64,000 nucleotides of DNA from Octopus vulgaris (lineage: Eukaryota). A model generated the notes under the pieces. It searched no databases. It was given only the letters and a program-made list of their open reading frames with translations, and was not told the DNA's origin. A program made the position numbers and the translations under genes. The stretch is taken from positions 25,854,001 through 25,918,000 of the forward strand of contig OX597838.1 of assembly GCA_951406725.2 (NCBI GenBank), written 5' to 3'. Shown here piece by piece: positions 1 to 12,499 of this stretch (positions within the stretch are counted from its first letter, which is position 1; every line of letters starts with the position of its first letter).

Positions 1-699
1 AAATTTTATATAGCCCACTGTATTAATTTGCCTGGGAGTGGGGACTTATGAGTGTAAGGGGCCCAATTCCGATTTATGTATGATATGCCTTGCTGTCAAT
101 GAATAAATCTTATCGTGCCCAATAGATTGATTTGCCTGGGGGCTTACAGTGCTGCTAATATGGCCCTGTGTTGTGGTGTAATATAACTTTATGGTTTTGT
201 CTGTGATGTAAGCCTAGAGCTGTGTTGTTGTGGTGGTCTGGTGTGGTGTTGTGATCTGTTGAATGGCGTGTTGCACTTTGTGATGTGTTTTTGGTGCATA
301 AATTGGTAGTGATGGAACATGTATAATGGGAGATTGGTGGCGGTGGAGGATGTACTGGTGTAATGTGGGTGGTGATATGGTGTTGGTGGTGTAGTGTGCT
401 GATGATGTACATTATTGTTATTTAGCCCCAGGTCTGATCTGACTGGACAGAGAGACAGACCAATCATCAATGACTGTCTTAGGCATGACTATGTTCTCTT
501 CTGGAGTGATGTATCCCAGTCAACATCATCCAAGGGTAGCTTTGATAAGAATGTAGGATGTTATTTGAGGGAAATTTGGCTGCTATTTCTTGTAGGTCAA
601 ATGATCATGCAGAAGTCTCCCATAATTGGTCTCACATAAATAGTGCTGCTAGTTACCACAATAAGCTCAGAGTCACTCCCTTTTTGTAGAATACTTAGA

Positions 700-1022
700 A
701 AAAAGGAGCACTCCATCGATTATGACGAGGGTCCCTGCTGATACAATCAATGGAATAGCTTTCTCATGAAATTAACATGCAAGTGGTTGAGCACTCCACA
801 GACATGTGTACCCTTAATGTAGTTCTCAGGGAGATTCAGCATAACTGAATGTGACAAGGCTGACCCTTTGAAATACAGGTACTACTCATTTTTGCCAACT
901 GAGTAGACTGGAGCAATGTGAAATAAAGTGTCTTGCTCAAGGACACAACGCGTTGCCAGGACTTGAACTCATGACCTTACGATCGTGAGTAGAATGCCCT
1001 AACCACTAAGCCAGGCACCTTC
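700..1022 (-). mobile_element. tRNA-derived SINE (relatives near 7763, 13600, 47420, 60400)
   Basis: minus-strand head ggcttagtggttagggcattc...gagttcaagtcc (A/B boxes) then gtgtccttgagcaagacact core. Confidence 0.75.
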
Positions 1023-1201
1023 ACTGTAGAATACTATGATGATATCATTCAGAATAATTATGTGCTTTTATGATGATTATTATCTTTATGTTAATTACTA
1101 TAATTACTGGATGATTGCATTTTCTGTTTTTCTCTCCTTTTTTTTTTTCTATCTGTTGTCTCTGAAGTCTTTATCATCATTTATTTCCTCTTGTCTTTCA
1201 G

Positions 1202-1295
1202 AGTGGTATAAAGAATTCCTCTGGTTTTGTGAAAGGGGAAGATATTTTGGACATATGGTTTGATAGCGGTGTCTCTTGGGCCTGCATATTACAAG
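1202..1295 (+). CDS. IARS2: mitochondrial isoleucyl-tRNA synthetase exon (SGIKNSSGFVKGEDILDIWFDSGVSWACILQ)
   Basis: tttcag acceptor, g|gtaac donor; IleRS DILDIWFDSG motif. Confidence 0.95.
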
Positions 1296-1974
1296 GTAAC
1301 ATTTGTTGTAATTGTTGTTGCTGTTGGTGGTGGTGGCGGTGATGGTTGGCTTCCAGGTCTGCCATCAGCGGGCAGATCCAAGATCAAAGTTATTTCATCC
1401 ATGACCATCCTGTCTTTTAGCTTCTGAAGAAGCCAGCATTGTCCAATGTCTTTTATTCAACTTTCGGATGTGATTTGAGAGAGGGGTATTGGTTGCTATT
1501 TCTGGAGGCCAAGCAACCACAGATTTGCATCCTCACGTTGTGAGGACGCATTGTGTCCTTGAGCAAGACACTTTATTTCTTGCTGCTCTAGTCTACTCAG
1601 CTGGCAAAAATGCATTGTACATGTATTTCAAAGGGCCAGCCTTCTCACACTCTGTGTAACAGTTCTTGCCATTGATGGTGGAAATATCAATGAGCATTGC
1701 TCCTCCTCATCCTCATCCTCCTGGTGGGTGAAGTAAACTTATCTGTATGGGAAACACCTTTAATTAATCTGTATAGGATTGTTGGCCTTTGAATTAGAAT
1801 GTGTACTAAAGCTGATTAATGTAAATCAACCAAATGCGCAACCCTATTATATCAAAGGACTGTAAGACACTTATTCAGGAGAAACATGAATTGAAATGTA
1901 AGAAGAAAATGCTTTTTTATTAAATAAATTTTCAAAATGTATAACATGTATATATATATATATATATATATACA

Positions 1975-2225
1975 TCATCATCATCATTTAACGTCTGCTT
2001 TCCATGCTGGCATCGATCAGACGGTTTGACTGGGGTCTGGGAAGCCAGGAGGCTGCACTAGGCTCCAGTCTGATCTGGCAATATTTCTACAGCTGGATGC
2101 CCTTCCTAATGTCAACCACTCTGAGTGTGTAGTGGGTGCTTCTTTATGTGCCATTGGCACAGAGGCCCGAGGGGGCTGGTATCAACCACGATCGGATGGT
2201 GCTTTTTACGTGCGACCAGCACAGG
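1975..2225 (-). mobile_element. SINE/LINE 3'-tail repeat ending in (GAT)n (copies near 5170, 10140, 11445, 12838, 31605, 57895)
   Basis: shared ggaagggcatccagc...gcatggaaagcagacgttaaatgatgat on the minus strand. Confidence 0.75.
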
Positions 2226-2596
2226 AGCCAGTCATAGCAAGCAGCCTGGCAGAATCGTTAGCATGTTGGACAGAATGCTTAGTGGCATTTTGTCCTTCTT
2301 TGCAATCAAAGTTCAAACGCCATCAAGGTCAACTTTGCCTTTCATCCTTTTGGAATCAATGAAATATTTACCAGTTGAGCACAGGGATCAATATAACTGA
2401 TTAGCCCCACTATCTATCACCCAGCAAAATTTCAGGCATTGTGCCTATAGTAGAAAGGGTATTTAGTTAAATCCCATAATCTTCTGAGTACAAGTTCTCT
2501 GTGAGTTGACTTGGCCTTTCATTCCCTCTTTCAGAGTCATTTAGACAAGTACATGCTTTATATTAGTGTTTGTTCATTTGGCCCTTCTATTTACAG

Positions 2597-2705
2597 ATTC
2601 TAATGAAGAAGCTGATGTCTATTTGGAAGGACTTGACCAGTTTGGGGGCTGGTTTTTGTCCTCTCTTCTCACCAGTGTGGCCCTCAATGAAAAGCCCCCT
2701 TTCAA
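2597..2705 (+). CDS. IARS2: IARS2 exon ([37 protein letters not shown])
   Basis: ttacag acceptor, aa|gtgagt donor; YLEGxDQxGGWF motif; phase 1 in, phase 2 out. Confidence 0.95.
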
Positions 2706-3305
2706 GTGAGTTATCCCTTATTTGAAATTATTTTTTTTTATTGCTATCTAGATTGTCTTTTTTTTCATTTCATCCTTTACTTCATAATTGTTTTAGTCAT
2801 TGGACTGTGGCCATGCTGGGGCACTACCTTGAAAGGTTTTCAGTTGAATAGATTGACCCCTCAGGACTTACTTTTAATTCTGGTACTTTTTCCATCAGTC
2901 TCTCATGCCAAATTGCTAAGTTACAGGGACATAAACAAACCAACACTGGTTATGGAGAAGGGTGGGGACAAACATACAAAGACACACACATAATTACATA
3001 CATACACACACACATGTATAAATATACATATATATGTATACATACATATGTATATATACATATATATATGTATACATACATATGTGTGTGTGTGTGTGTG
3101 TGTATATATCATACAAATAAACCATTTAAACATCTGTAATTCTCCATTTTCTTCCTTTCATCATTATTAAAAATATGTATTACTATAATAATCCTTAACA
3201 TATTGCAGAGCCTTTCTCTTTATATGATAGGGATTAACCAGTGAGATTTTTGGATTGTTTAATCCCTAATGAGGACCTGACATCCTCAAATTGACTGACT
3301 ATACA

Positions 3306-3352
<47 letters not shown>

Positions 3353-3441
3353 AGAAGAAAATGGATATAATAACAATGGGAAACTCGTGGTTTACACTAG
3401 CATGTCTTTAATTAAATCGGTAACAAAGGAGAGATGAGGTG

Positions 3442-3492
3442 GCATTTACGATTGTTTCGATTTACTGGTTTAAGTAAATCTCTTCAGAATGC
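3442..3492 (-). ncRNA. minimal type I hammerhead ribozyme (Penelope/retrozyme type)
   Basis: minus strand GCAUU-CUGAAGA-GAUUUAC(UUAAACCA)GUAAAUC-GAA-AC(AAUC)GU-A-AAUGC: complete core with perfect stems I and II. Confidence 0.85.
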
Positions 3493-4073
3493 AAAGATAG
3501 ATAGATAGATGCATCAGTTAGGATGCGAAAATGATTGATACATATGTGATGGTGATGTAAACAAATTGGTAATTCTTACATTAAATTTTTGTTCTTGCAC
3601 TGGTAAATTCGCTGAGTAGAGGTTTGCTTGTAGTAGATTGGTTAGTTTCGTTGGGAAATTAGGGCAGGGTGAATATCATTTAGGTGCAAGCTACTTCGTT
3701 TAATTAAGCACGTGTGTGTGTGTGTGCATATGCACACAATTTTCAGCTACGAAATTCATTGGCAAGGCATTGATTAGTCATAGGGTATAGTAGAAGACAC
3801 TTACCCAAGGTGCTGCGCTGTGTGACTGAACCTGAAACCGCATAATCGCAAAACAGGCTTTAAACCACACAGCCACGACTGCACTTATACAAATATTCTT
3901 TCAACACATTTTCTATAACATTTACCATAGACACTTTTATGCAGCTCTTTCTTTGTATGTGCATTCAGTTAGAGGTCCCTGTTAAACATCAGTTCATAGC
4001 TGTGTGTAGGTGTATACAGCTGCACACAATCAACTGCATCACTGCACTATCATCTGTGTTGTTGTCTTTACAG

Positions 4074-4176
4074 GTCTCTTGTGGTTCATGGGTTCACAGT
4101 TGATGCGGATGGTAAGAAAATGTCCAAATCTGTCGGAAATGTCATAGATCCGATGGATGTTGTGGATGGATCCAAG
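4074..4176 (+). CDS. IARS2: IARS2 exon with class I aaRS KMSKS motif ([34 protein letters not shown])
   Basis: ttacag acceptor, aag|gtaggc donor; HGF...KMSKSxGNVIDP. Confidence 0.97.
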
Positions 4177-4411
4177 GTAGGCACATTTGGCCTACATGTG
4201 ATGTTATAGGCTTTTATCCTATTCATTCTCCTATGTTCTCACACACACACATTCTTTATTTCTTATGGTCATGTGCTGCGGTGGTTGCCAACCTCCTACT
4301 TCTATCCAACAGCAGTTTACTCTCCTCCTCCTCCTCCTTCTCCTCCTCCTCCTCTAATAGATGGTCTCTCATCACTGACTTTGTATTTTTTGTTGGTTTC
4401 TTTCACTTCAG

Positions 4412-4534
4412 GCCAGTGGTATTCCATCCTATGGAGCTGATGTCCTGCGATGGTGGGTGGCCACTTCGGGACTACAGAGTAACATCCCCATCGGAAGTTC
4501 AATCCTCACCAGGTGTAACGAGGAAGTATTTCGG
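4412..4534 (+). CDS. IARS2: IARS2 exon (ASGIPSYGADVLRWWVATSGLQSNIPIGSSILTRCNEEVFR)
   Basis: cttcag acceptor, cgg|gtgagt donor; YGADVLRWWVA motif. Confidence 0.96.
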
Positions 4535-4557
4535 GTGAGTGAGAATGAAAATTTTAC

Positions 4558-4560
<3 letters not shown>

Positions 4561-4612
<52 letters not shown>

Positions 4613-4815
4613 CTACTTTCGGCACAAGGCCTGAAATATTTTGTAGAGGTGTGCTGTTAATTACATCGACCTCAGTACTCCACTGGTACTTATTTTATCG
4701 ACCCTCAGAGGATGAAAGGTAAAATTGACTGGCGAAATTTGAATTCAGAATGTAGGTGGACAAAATTCCACTAGGCATTCTGCCTGGTATGCTAATGATT
4801 CTGCCAGCTTGTCAC
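4561..4815 (-). mobile_element. tRNA-derived SINE with gcctttcatcct..gggtcgataaaataagtacc core and (TTA)n tail
   Basis: same family as the tandem arrays; core resembles the Meta-domain SINE core. Confidence 0.8.
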
Positions 4816-5479
4816 TTTAGCATCATCATCATGATAATAATCTACTATAATAATACTCTTGTGTTTTTCTCCAACACAACATGTGAATGAAAAAGGAAAG
4901 GGTGATAAGTGAATAAGGAAGGAAGGGGTGATGGCAAATTGGTAGTGGCAGCATTTCAACTCTGTGTGTGTATATGTAAAAGGGAGGTATGTGAATGTGT
5001 GTGTGTGTGTGTGTGTGCAATGAAAGTGGGATAGTGAACATTCAACGCTGAAAAGAAAAATCAAACAGCGTTTCAACTCTGTGTGAGTATATGTGTGTGT
5101 GTTAGTACAAGGGAAGTATGTGAATGTTTGTATGTGTGAACCAGTGTTCTTTCAGTAACAAATGATGATCGATGTCACATCAAGCCGAGCAAAATCGCAG
5201 GCGTGGCAGATACCGGTGTCACACAAATGGCACATAAAAGCACCCATTACACTCTCAGAGTGGTTGGCATTAAGAAGGGCCATCCAGCCGTAGAAAACCA
5301 TGCCAAATCAGACTGAAATCTGGTGCAGCCTTCCAGCATGCCAGCCTGGTCAAACCACCCAACCTATACCAGTATGGACAGCAGACATTAACTGATGATG
5401 ATGATAACGATAATGATCTCAAAAGACAACCATTAGATAACATTGACTAGTGTATTAATTTGATTTACCATCCATATAT

Positions 5480-5872
5480 TCTTTTACTCGTTTACTTCTT
5501 TCAGTCATTTGACTGCGGCCATTCTGGAGCACCGCCTTTAGTCGAGCAAACCGACCCCAGGACTTATTCTTTGTAAGCCTAGTACTTATTCTATCGGTCT
5601 CTTTTTGCCAAACCGCTAAGTTATGGGGACATAAACACGCCAGCATCGGTTGTCAAGCGATGCTGGGGGGACAAACACACACACACACACACACACATAT
5701 ACATACATATATACGATGGGCTTCTGTTCAGTTTCCGTCTACCAAATCCACTCACAAAGCTTTGGTTGGCCCGAGGCTATAGTAGAAGACACTTGCCCAA
5801 GTTGCCACACAGTGGGACTGAACCCCAGAACCACGTAGCTGGTAAGGAAGCTACTTACCACACAGCCACTCC
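5480..5872 (-). mobile_element. tRNA-derived SINE with internal (CA/TA)n
   Basis: near-identical to 7065-7468; head ggctgtgtggtaag...ggttcagtccc. Confidence 0.85.
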
Positions 5873-6024
5873 TATGCCTATGTATGTATGTATATATGTC
5901 ATGTATGTCACATATATATATGTGTGATATGTAAGGAGTACATTTGTTGGTGTGCCTGTGTCTGTTGCATACATGTAACATGAAGATGTAACATAATGTT
6001 GTTGTTTTTGTTTGTTTGTTGCAG

Positions 6025-6156
6025 TTACGCAAGACTTGCCGGTTCCTGTTGGGTAATCTCTGGGATTTCACACCTGACAAAGACAGCGTCTCCTACAACC
6101 AGCTGCTTGCACAGGACAGCTATATGTTGCACCTGCTGCATGACTTTGCACTCAAG
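6025..6156 (+). CDS. IARS2: IARS2 exon, anticodon-binding domain (LRKTCRFLLGNLWDF...LLHDFALK)
   Basis: ttgcag acceptor, aag|gtaagg donor; LRxTxRFLLGNL motif. Confidence 0.95.
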
Positions 6157-6183
6157 GTAAGGATACATGTGAGTGTGTGTGTT

Positions 6184-6227
<44 letters not shown>

Positions 6228-6584
6228 TAGTTGTAAGAGGAAGATTGTACACACACACTCTTCCTCATACAACTAGACTCTTCTTCACCACACATATATA
6301 TATACATACACCCACACATATATGCACACATAGACACATATGCACACACATAAACATGCACCCACACATACATGTACACATACACACATACATACACATA
6401 TACACTCCTTCAGATCTACTGGATGCCTATTCTTATGTCACTTACCAATGAGACCCTTGCACTCATGAAATTTGCCAAAAGTACTGTTGTTGCACTCTTT
6501 ATAAGCCAGACCAGGTCTGACCTGTGAGTCATCCACAAAAACTGCTCATGATGATGATGATGATGATGTATGTGTTTGTTGCAG

Positions 6585-6691
6585 GCGATCCAACTTTATG
6601 CTGACCATCGTTACAATAAAGTCACTTCTATTGTTGACCGCTTCATCAGTGCTGATGTATCCAGTTTCTACAGTTCCATTATCAAAGACAG
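6585..6691 (+). CDS. IARS2: IARS2 exon (AIQLYADHRYNKVTSIVDRFISADVSSFYSSIIKDR)
   Basis: ttgcag acceptor, ag|gtataa donor; SxFY..IIKDR motif. Confidence 0.94.
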
Positions 6692-7064
6692 GTATAAAGT
6701 CTTCTCTCTCTCACTGTCTCTCTCCCTCACTCTCTCTCTCTCTGTCTCCCTCTCTCTCACTGTCTCTCTCTCCCTCTCTCTCACTGTCTCTCTCACTGTC
6801 TCTCTCTCTCTCTCTCTCTGCTTTTATGTGTATGACCAAATGTGTGTATTTCTGTGTGAGTCAAGTTACAGGATTCTGTTTATGAGGTGGGGATGGGGGG
6901 ATGTAAACACTCATCGTTTTTACTCATACGATGAAAGCACCTACACTCACACGCATATGCTCCCCCCACATGCACACACTTGGATATACATATACACATG
7001 GCAGGCTTCTGTACAATCTCTTTCTATCAGCTGTTGCACACAGGGCATTTGTTGGTCTGGGATA

Positions 7065-7468
7065 TTCTTACTCTTTTGCTTGTTTCAGTCATTTGACTGC
7101 GGCCATGCTGGAGCACTGCCTTTAGTCGAGCAAATCGACCCCAGGACTTATTCTTTGTAAGCCTAGTACTTATTCTATCGGTCTCTTTTGCTGAACCACT
7201 AAGTTACGGGGATGTAAACACACCAGCATCAATTGTCAAGTGATGTTGGGGGGACAAACACAGACACACAAACACATACACACGGATACATATATACATA
7301 CATATATACGACGGGCTTCTTTCAGTTTCCATCTACCAAATCCACTCACAAGGCTTTGGTCGGCCTGAGGTTATAGTAGAAGACACTTGCCCAAGGTGCC
7401 ACGCAGTGGGAATGAACCCGGAACTATGCGGTTGGTAAGCAAGCTACTTACCACACAGCCACACCTGC
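7065..7468 (-). mobile_element. tRNA-derived SINE, same family as 5480-5872
   Basis: colinear high similarity; further copies near 2790, 12678-13487, 29740, 57130. Confidence 0.85.
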
Positions 7469-8055
7469 AAACTTTTAAGTCACACAGCCATGTGTGTGTG
7501 TGTGTGTGTGTGTGTGTTAGCATGTGTTCATAGCCGCATATCTTTGCCTTGTTACCATCTTGCTGGTGACATTGCTTCTAATTCCCATAAACAAAATGTC
7601 TGGGAAAACTGGGTGTAAAAAAATAAGGATTATGTACATATATATATGCATGTATGTGTACAAATATATGTCTATATATGTATATTTATATATGTATGTC
7701 TATGTATGTGTGTACAAATGTATATTTGTGTGTGTGTATGTATATATATGTGTGTGTGTATGTGGAAGTGTGTAGTTTAGTGGTTATGGTGTTGGACAAC
7801 TGTAAGATTGTGGTTTCAATTCCTGGACTGAGTGATGCATTGTGTTCTTGAGCAAGACACTTTATTTCATGTTGCTCCAGTCCACTCAGCTGGCAAACAT
7901 GAGTGATCCTGTCTGGTGAAGGAATATATACCCCACAGAAACTGGGAAACTAGAATGACAAGCCTATATCACTTAGAAAGGACCTTTGATCTGTGTGCGT
8001 GCATATTTGTGTGCGTACATATGTATATATTTATATGTATATATACATACATGTA

Positions 8056-8292
8056 CAGGGTGGCCCAAAAGTAGGTTTACAGTTATTCAACTATCTCTTT
8101 CGCATTCATATATTAACAGTTTAGATCTTAATTATAAAAAAAAATATGAAACCATTATTCTATGCTAATTTAGTTAATTTTATCAAGCTCCCTTTTCAGT
8201 TTGTAACATGAAAATTTAAATGTAATAAAATGTTTTAAAAAACATTCAAAGTGCCTATGTGAAAACTGTAGACCTACTTTTGGGCCACCCTG
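8056..8292. mobile_element. Tc1/mariner-type MITE
   Basis: 29-bp TIRs cagggtggcccaaaagtaggt(t/c)tacagtt, TA on both flanks. Confidence 0.92.
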
Positions 8293-8312
8293 TATATATA
8301 AATATATATATA

Positions 8313-8366
<54 letters not shown>

Positions 8367-8389
8367 AGTGTATAAGCTTATCCTTACAG

Positions 8390-8544
8390 GTGTTACTGTG
8401 ACAGTAGAGACAGCCTTGCGAGAAGGTCCTGCCAGACAGTCCAGTACAATATATTAGATGTTCTGATTAGGCTTTTGGCACCAATTCTGCCACACTTTGC
8501 CGAGGAAGTCTTCCAATATTTACCAAAATTACAACACCAACAAG
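8390..8544 (+). CDS. IARS2: IARS2 exon (CYCDSRDSLARRSCQTV...APILPHFAEEVFQYLPKLQHQQ)
   Basis: ttacag acceptor, g|gtaaca donor; RRSCQT and APILPHxAEEV motifs. Confidence 0.95.
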
Positions 8545-8859
8545 GTAACAACATCAGTTTCCTTTCCTTCCATGTCAGTGTCTCCTTCCCTGCATGCCTC
8601 TCTGTCTATATTGCTGTTTGTCTGTCTTCCAACCACTGTTACTCACCTGCCTACCTACTTATCTACCTACCATCCATCCTTCCTGCCCCACCTATCTCTC
8701 TCTCTCTCACACACACACAAATGAATAAATAGAGTTTCAGAGATGCTTATTATGCGAACCAGTCAAACTTTTCCCTATTTCAAAAGAAAGCTTTTTTCCA
8801 TTAGAACCATAAATAAATTTATATAACCTTTTCAATTTCCATCCAGCTTCACTCAGAAT

Positions 8860-10030
8860 TCCTGGGAAGGGCAAGGTGGGAGATAAATTCCTCAGGCACC
8901 TTCTGTACAGGCTCCTATCAGAAGCAACCATCATTACACTTCCCTGCTGGATCCCGAAATATCACCAACTCAGACTAAGGATATTATCCAACCATCTCAT
9001 TCTAGGTCGACCCCTAGGTCTCCTACCAGTCAAAGGGTAGAGTCTTCAGGTACCTCCTCCATAATGTCTTATCAGAAGCAACCATCATTACACTTCCCTG
9101 CTGGATCTCCAAGCATGACCAACTCAGACTATGGACATTATCCAGCCATCTCATTCTTGGTCTACCCCTTGGTCTCCTACCAATTGGCTTGGTTTGAAAA
9201 ATCCATTTTGCAATTCTTTCCTGTGACATTCTAATCACATGTCCATAATATCAGAGCCATGACCTCTCAATGCAGAGAAGTGGTGGCTCAATCTGGAGAG
9301 ACTGCCTGATTGCTGAGCTACACACCCTGTCAAGTAATACCAACTACTTCAGAAATCCTTTAGCAGACCTCCATTTCATCCACTTAGTATTCATGATTAT
9401 TTCAGTCACTACCCAACATTCATGACCAACTCCATCAATATTATCCAACCATTTCATTCTTGGTCCACCCCTTTGTCTCCTGCCTTATCTTGATTAATCC
9501 ATCATGCAATTCTTTCCTGCAACATTCTAATCACATGTCCATAGTAGTGGAGCTGTGACTTCTCAATGCAGAGAAGTGGTGGCTCAACCTGGAGAGACTC
9601 CATGATCTCTGAGTTAAACATCCTGTTAAGTAATGCTAGTCTAGAGATCCTTTAGTGGACAGCACTTCAGCCACTTGTATTCGTGATTGTACTCTTGGTC
9701 ATCACCCAACATTCCCGACTAACTGCAACTATGGACATTATCCAACCACCTCATTCTTGGTTTACCCCTTAGGTCTTCTGCTGGCTGGTGCAGCTTAAAG
9801 AATCTGTCTTGAAATTTTTTCATGCAACATTCCAATCACATGTCTATACTACCTGAGCTGTGATCCCTCGATGCAGAGACATAGTGGCCTGACCTGGAGA
9901 GATGCCCTGATCTCTGAGCAAGATCTTTCAGAAGAAAGCCATTTCAGCCACTTGCTTTTGTGATTGTACTCTTTCAGTCATTACCCAACATTTATGAACA
10001 TAGGTAAGGATTGGCACAAAAACTGAATTA
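8860..10030 (-). mobile_element. tandemly reiterated 3' fragments of an RTE-clade LINE
   Basis: ORF 9023-9238 IRMSQERIAK...GRRPRGRPRMRWLD...DKTLWR matches RTE ORF C-terminal motifs; about 4 diverged overlapping copies. Confidence 0.75.
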
Positions 10031-11186
10031 AACATAAGACACTTTAAGCTTTTCCATCCATTGTCTTGTCTGTAACATTATGGGGCATAAATTGTGTAAA
10101 TTTAGATCTTTGGCCCTTTAGCATTTAAACTGGCCAAATCCATGTAAAAAGCATCCAGTTCACACTGTGAAGTGGTTGGAATTTGGAAGGGCATCCAGCT
10201 GTAAAAACTGTGCCTAAGCAAACCTCACCAATGTTTGTACCATGTAAAAAGCACCCAGGTCACTCTGTAAAGTGGTTGGCATTAGGAAGGGCATCCAGCT
10301 GCAGAAACCATGCCGAAACAGACAGTAAAGTCTGGTGCAGTCTTCTGTCTTGCCAGCTCTTGTCAAACTGTCCAACCCACGCCAGCATGGAAAACAGACA
10401 TTAAATGATGATGATGATGATGATATCTGGCCAAAACATTCTACCTGTTTTATATTCAAATTGGCCATATCTGGTCTTTCACACCTACCCTGTAATGCCA
10501 TTCTTGAAATAAACCACCATATCATCAAAGTTTCAAAGCTGCAGGGTCATAAATGATTAATTTAGAACAATGTGAATAAATAAGCCTTAAATTTGGAGGG
10601 AGAGATCTGAATGTTGAAGGGGTAACAAGATAAAGAAATGGATAGCATTTAGTTGTTGAGTATGATGTCTGCTTCTGGTTTGTAAGTTTAAAATTTGTTG
10701 AAATGGAAAAGTGCATAAAAATTATGAATAAATCACAAACACCATTGCTGATATGAATAAATACTTATTTCTTTAATACCCACAAGGGGCTAAACATAGA
10801 GGGGACAAACAAGGACAGACATAGTTATTAAGTCGATTACATCGACCCCAGTGCGTATTCTCCACAGCTAATTCCATCACCACCCATGTCACCACTGGCA
10901 CCATCACCACCACCACCACCATCATATCATGACTACCACTATCATTACCATCACCACCTCCATAACCAAGACTACCACCACCACCATCGCCAGCAAGACC
11001 ACCACCACCTCTAAAACCGTCACCTTCATCACCACCACCACCATCATCACCAAAACCATCACAACTACCATCACCATCAGCACTACACTATCGTCCCTCT
11101 GCTACCACAAAGGTGAAGCTGATATAAATGAATGCTAACCACTCCCTTCTTTTTTTCTTTTTTTTTTTTCCATCTCATGTCCCCAG

Positions 11187-11374
11187 ATTGTAACAGTCTG
11201 TTTAAGACTACAGGCCACAACATCAACCCAGAATGGGAAGATTTAGCAGGTTACCACCGTTTTCAACCAAGTCTGCAGATCAAGGCCCGGTTCAACGAAA
11301 TGATTGGTCCAGAGACCCCTTCCTCCTTTGATGTCGTCATCTGGGCTTCTGGTGACCTTTATGATAACCTTAAG
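11187..11374 (+). CDS. IARS2: IARS2 exon (DCNSLFKTTGHNINPEWEDL...SGDLYDNLK)
   Basis: ccccag acceptor after a pyrimidine tract, aag|gtaagt donor; phase matches both neighbours. Confidence 0.9.
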
Positions 11375-11380
11375 GTAAGT

Positions 11381-11414
<34 letters not shown>

Positions 11415-11738
11415 TACATGTACATACATAGACACACACATATCATCATTTAATGTCTTTTGCCCATGCTGGCATGGGTTGGACAGTTTGACCTCTCAAA
11501 GGAGGACAACAGATGATGATTTAAAACTTTTTTTTAATATATTGGAGAGTTAGGTAATTAACGAAGGGGGATAATTGTCCTAGAGGGAGCAATTGTCCTC
11601 AGTGGGTAATTGTCCTGATATGTGCTGGGGAGCTGCACCAGACTCCAGTGTGATTTGGTATGGTTTCTATGGGTGGATGCCCTTCCTAACACCAACCACT
11701 TTACAGAGTGTGCTGGATGCTCTTATATGGCACTATGC

Positions 11739-11963
11739 CAGTGCTTTTCAAACTTTTTGCTGGAGCGGAACCCCAAGGAAACATTCCACTGGCTCGAGGA
11801 ACCCCTGTGCAATAATTTAATAGTCTTATGCACACATATCTGCACAGGAGACTTTAAAATTACTGCCGATTTTAGCAGTTTTGTAACTTCTTGCGGAATC
11901 CCTGGACTGTACTGGCGTCTGCATAACCCTAAGGTTCTGCGGAACCCCAGTTGAAAACCACTG
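11739..11963. mobile_element. hAT (Charlie/Buster-like) MITE nested in a SINE-like repeat
   Basis: TIRs cagtgcttttcaa / ttgaaaaccactg; perfect 8-bp TSD CACTATGC at 11731-11738 and 11964-11971. Confidence 0.93.
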
Positions 11964-12278
11964 CACTATGCAGACACTTTTATATGGTGCTGAATGAGCG
12001 CCTTTACGTGGTACTGCATAGGTGCTTATATGTTGCACCACACAGGTGCTTGTACATGCTGCTGCATGGGCACTTTTATGTGGTACTGCCATGAGTGCTT
12101 TACACGATCAGAAGGATCGATCCTAACACTTCTGCTGCAGAGCAAGGGTCTTCATGAGTACAGCAAGGTGCCAGGAATTATCGGCCCTTTGTCATCTTGC
12201 CTGAAAGCTTTGGCATCTCGAGGTCATTCTTCAGTACTTCATCCCATGTCTTCCTGGGTCTCCCTCTTCCGCATGTTC

Positions 12279-12316
<38 letters not shown>

Positions 12317-12354
12317 TGCACATATACATATGCACACATTCTGTTTGTTTTCAG

Positions 12355-12499
12355 GTGTTACAGCCCACCTATGTATCGACTAATTCTGCCCTTGTGGAGA
12401 TCTTGCAAGCATCACAAGTTTCCCTTAGCAACCAGAGACTGGATTCTGCCATGGACGACGTTGAATTGGTAACTGCCTCTTGTTCGTTATATAAACCAG
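12355..12499 (+). CDS. IARS2: IARS2 exon (VLQPTYVSTNSALVEILQASQVSL...ASCSLYKP)
   Basis: tttcag acceptor, cag|gtgaga donor giving the phase 1 required by the last exon; LxEIL..SQV motif. Confidence 0.88.

Noticed and set aside
3226-3300. Hammerhead-like ctaatgagga...tcctcaaa (second copy near 29660-29735)
   Set aside because: Lacks G5 and GAAA in both copies; simply a tgagga/tcctca hairpin in a dispersed repeat.
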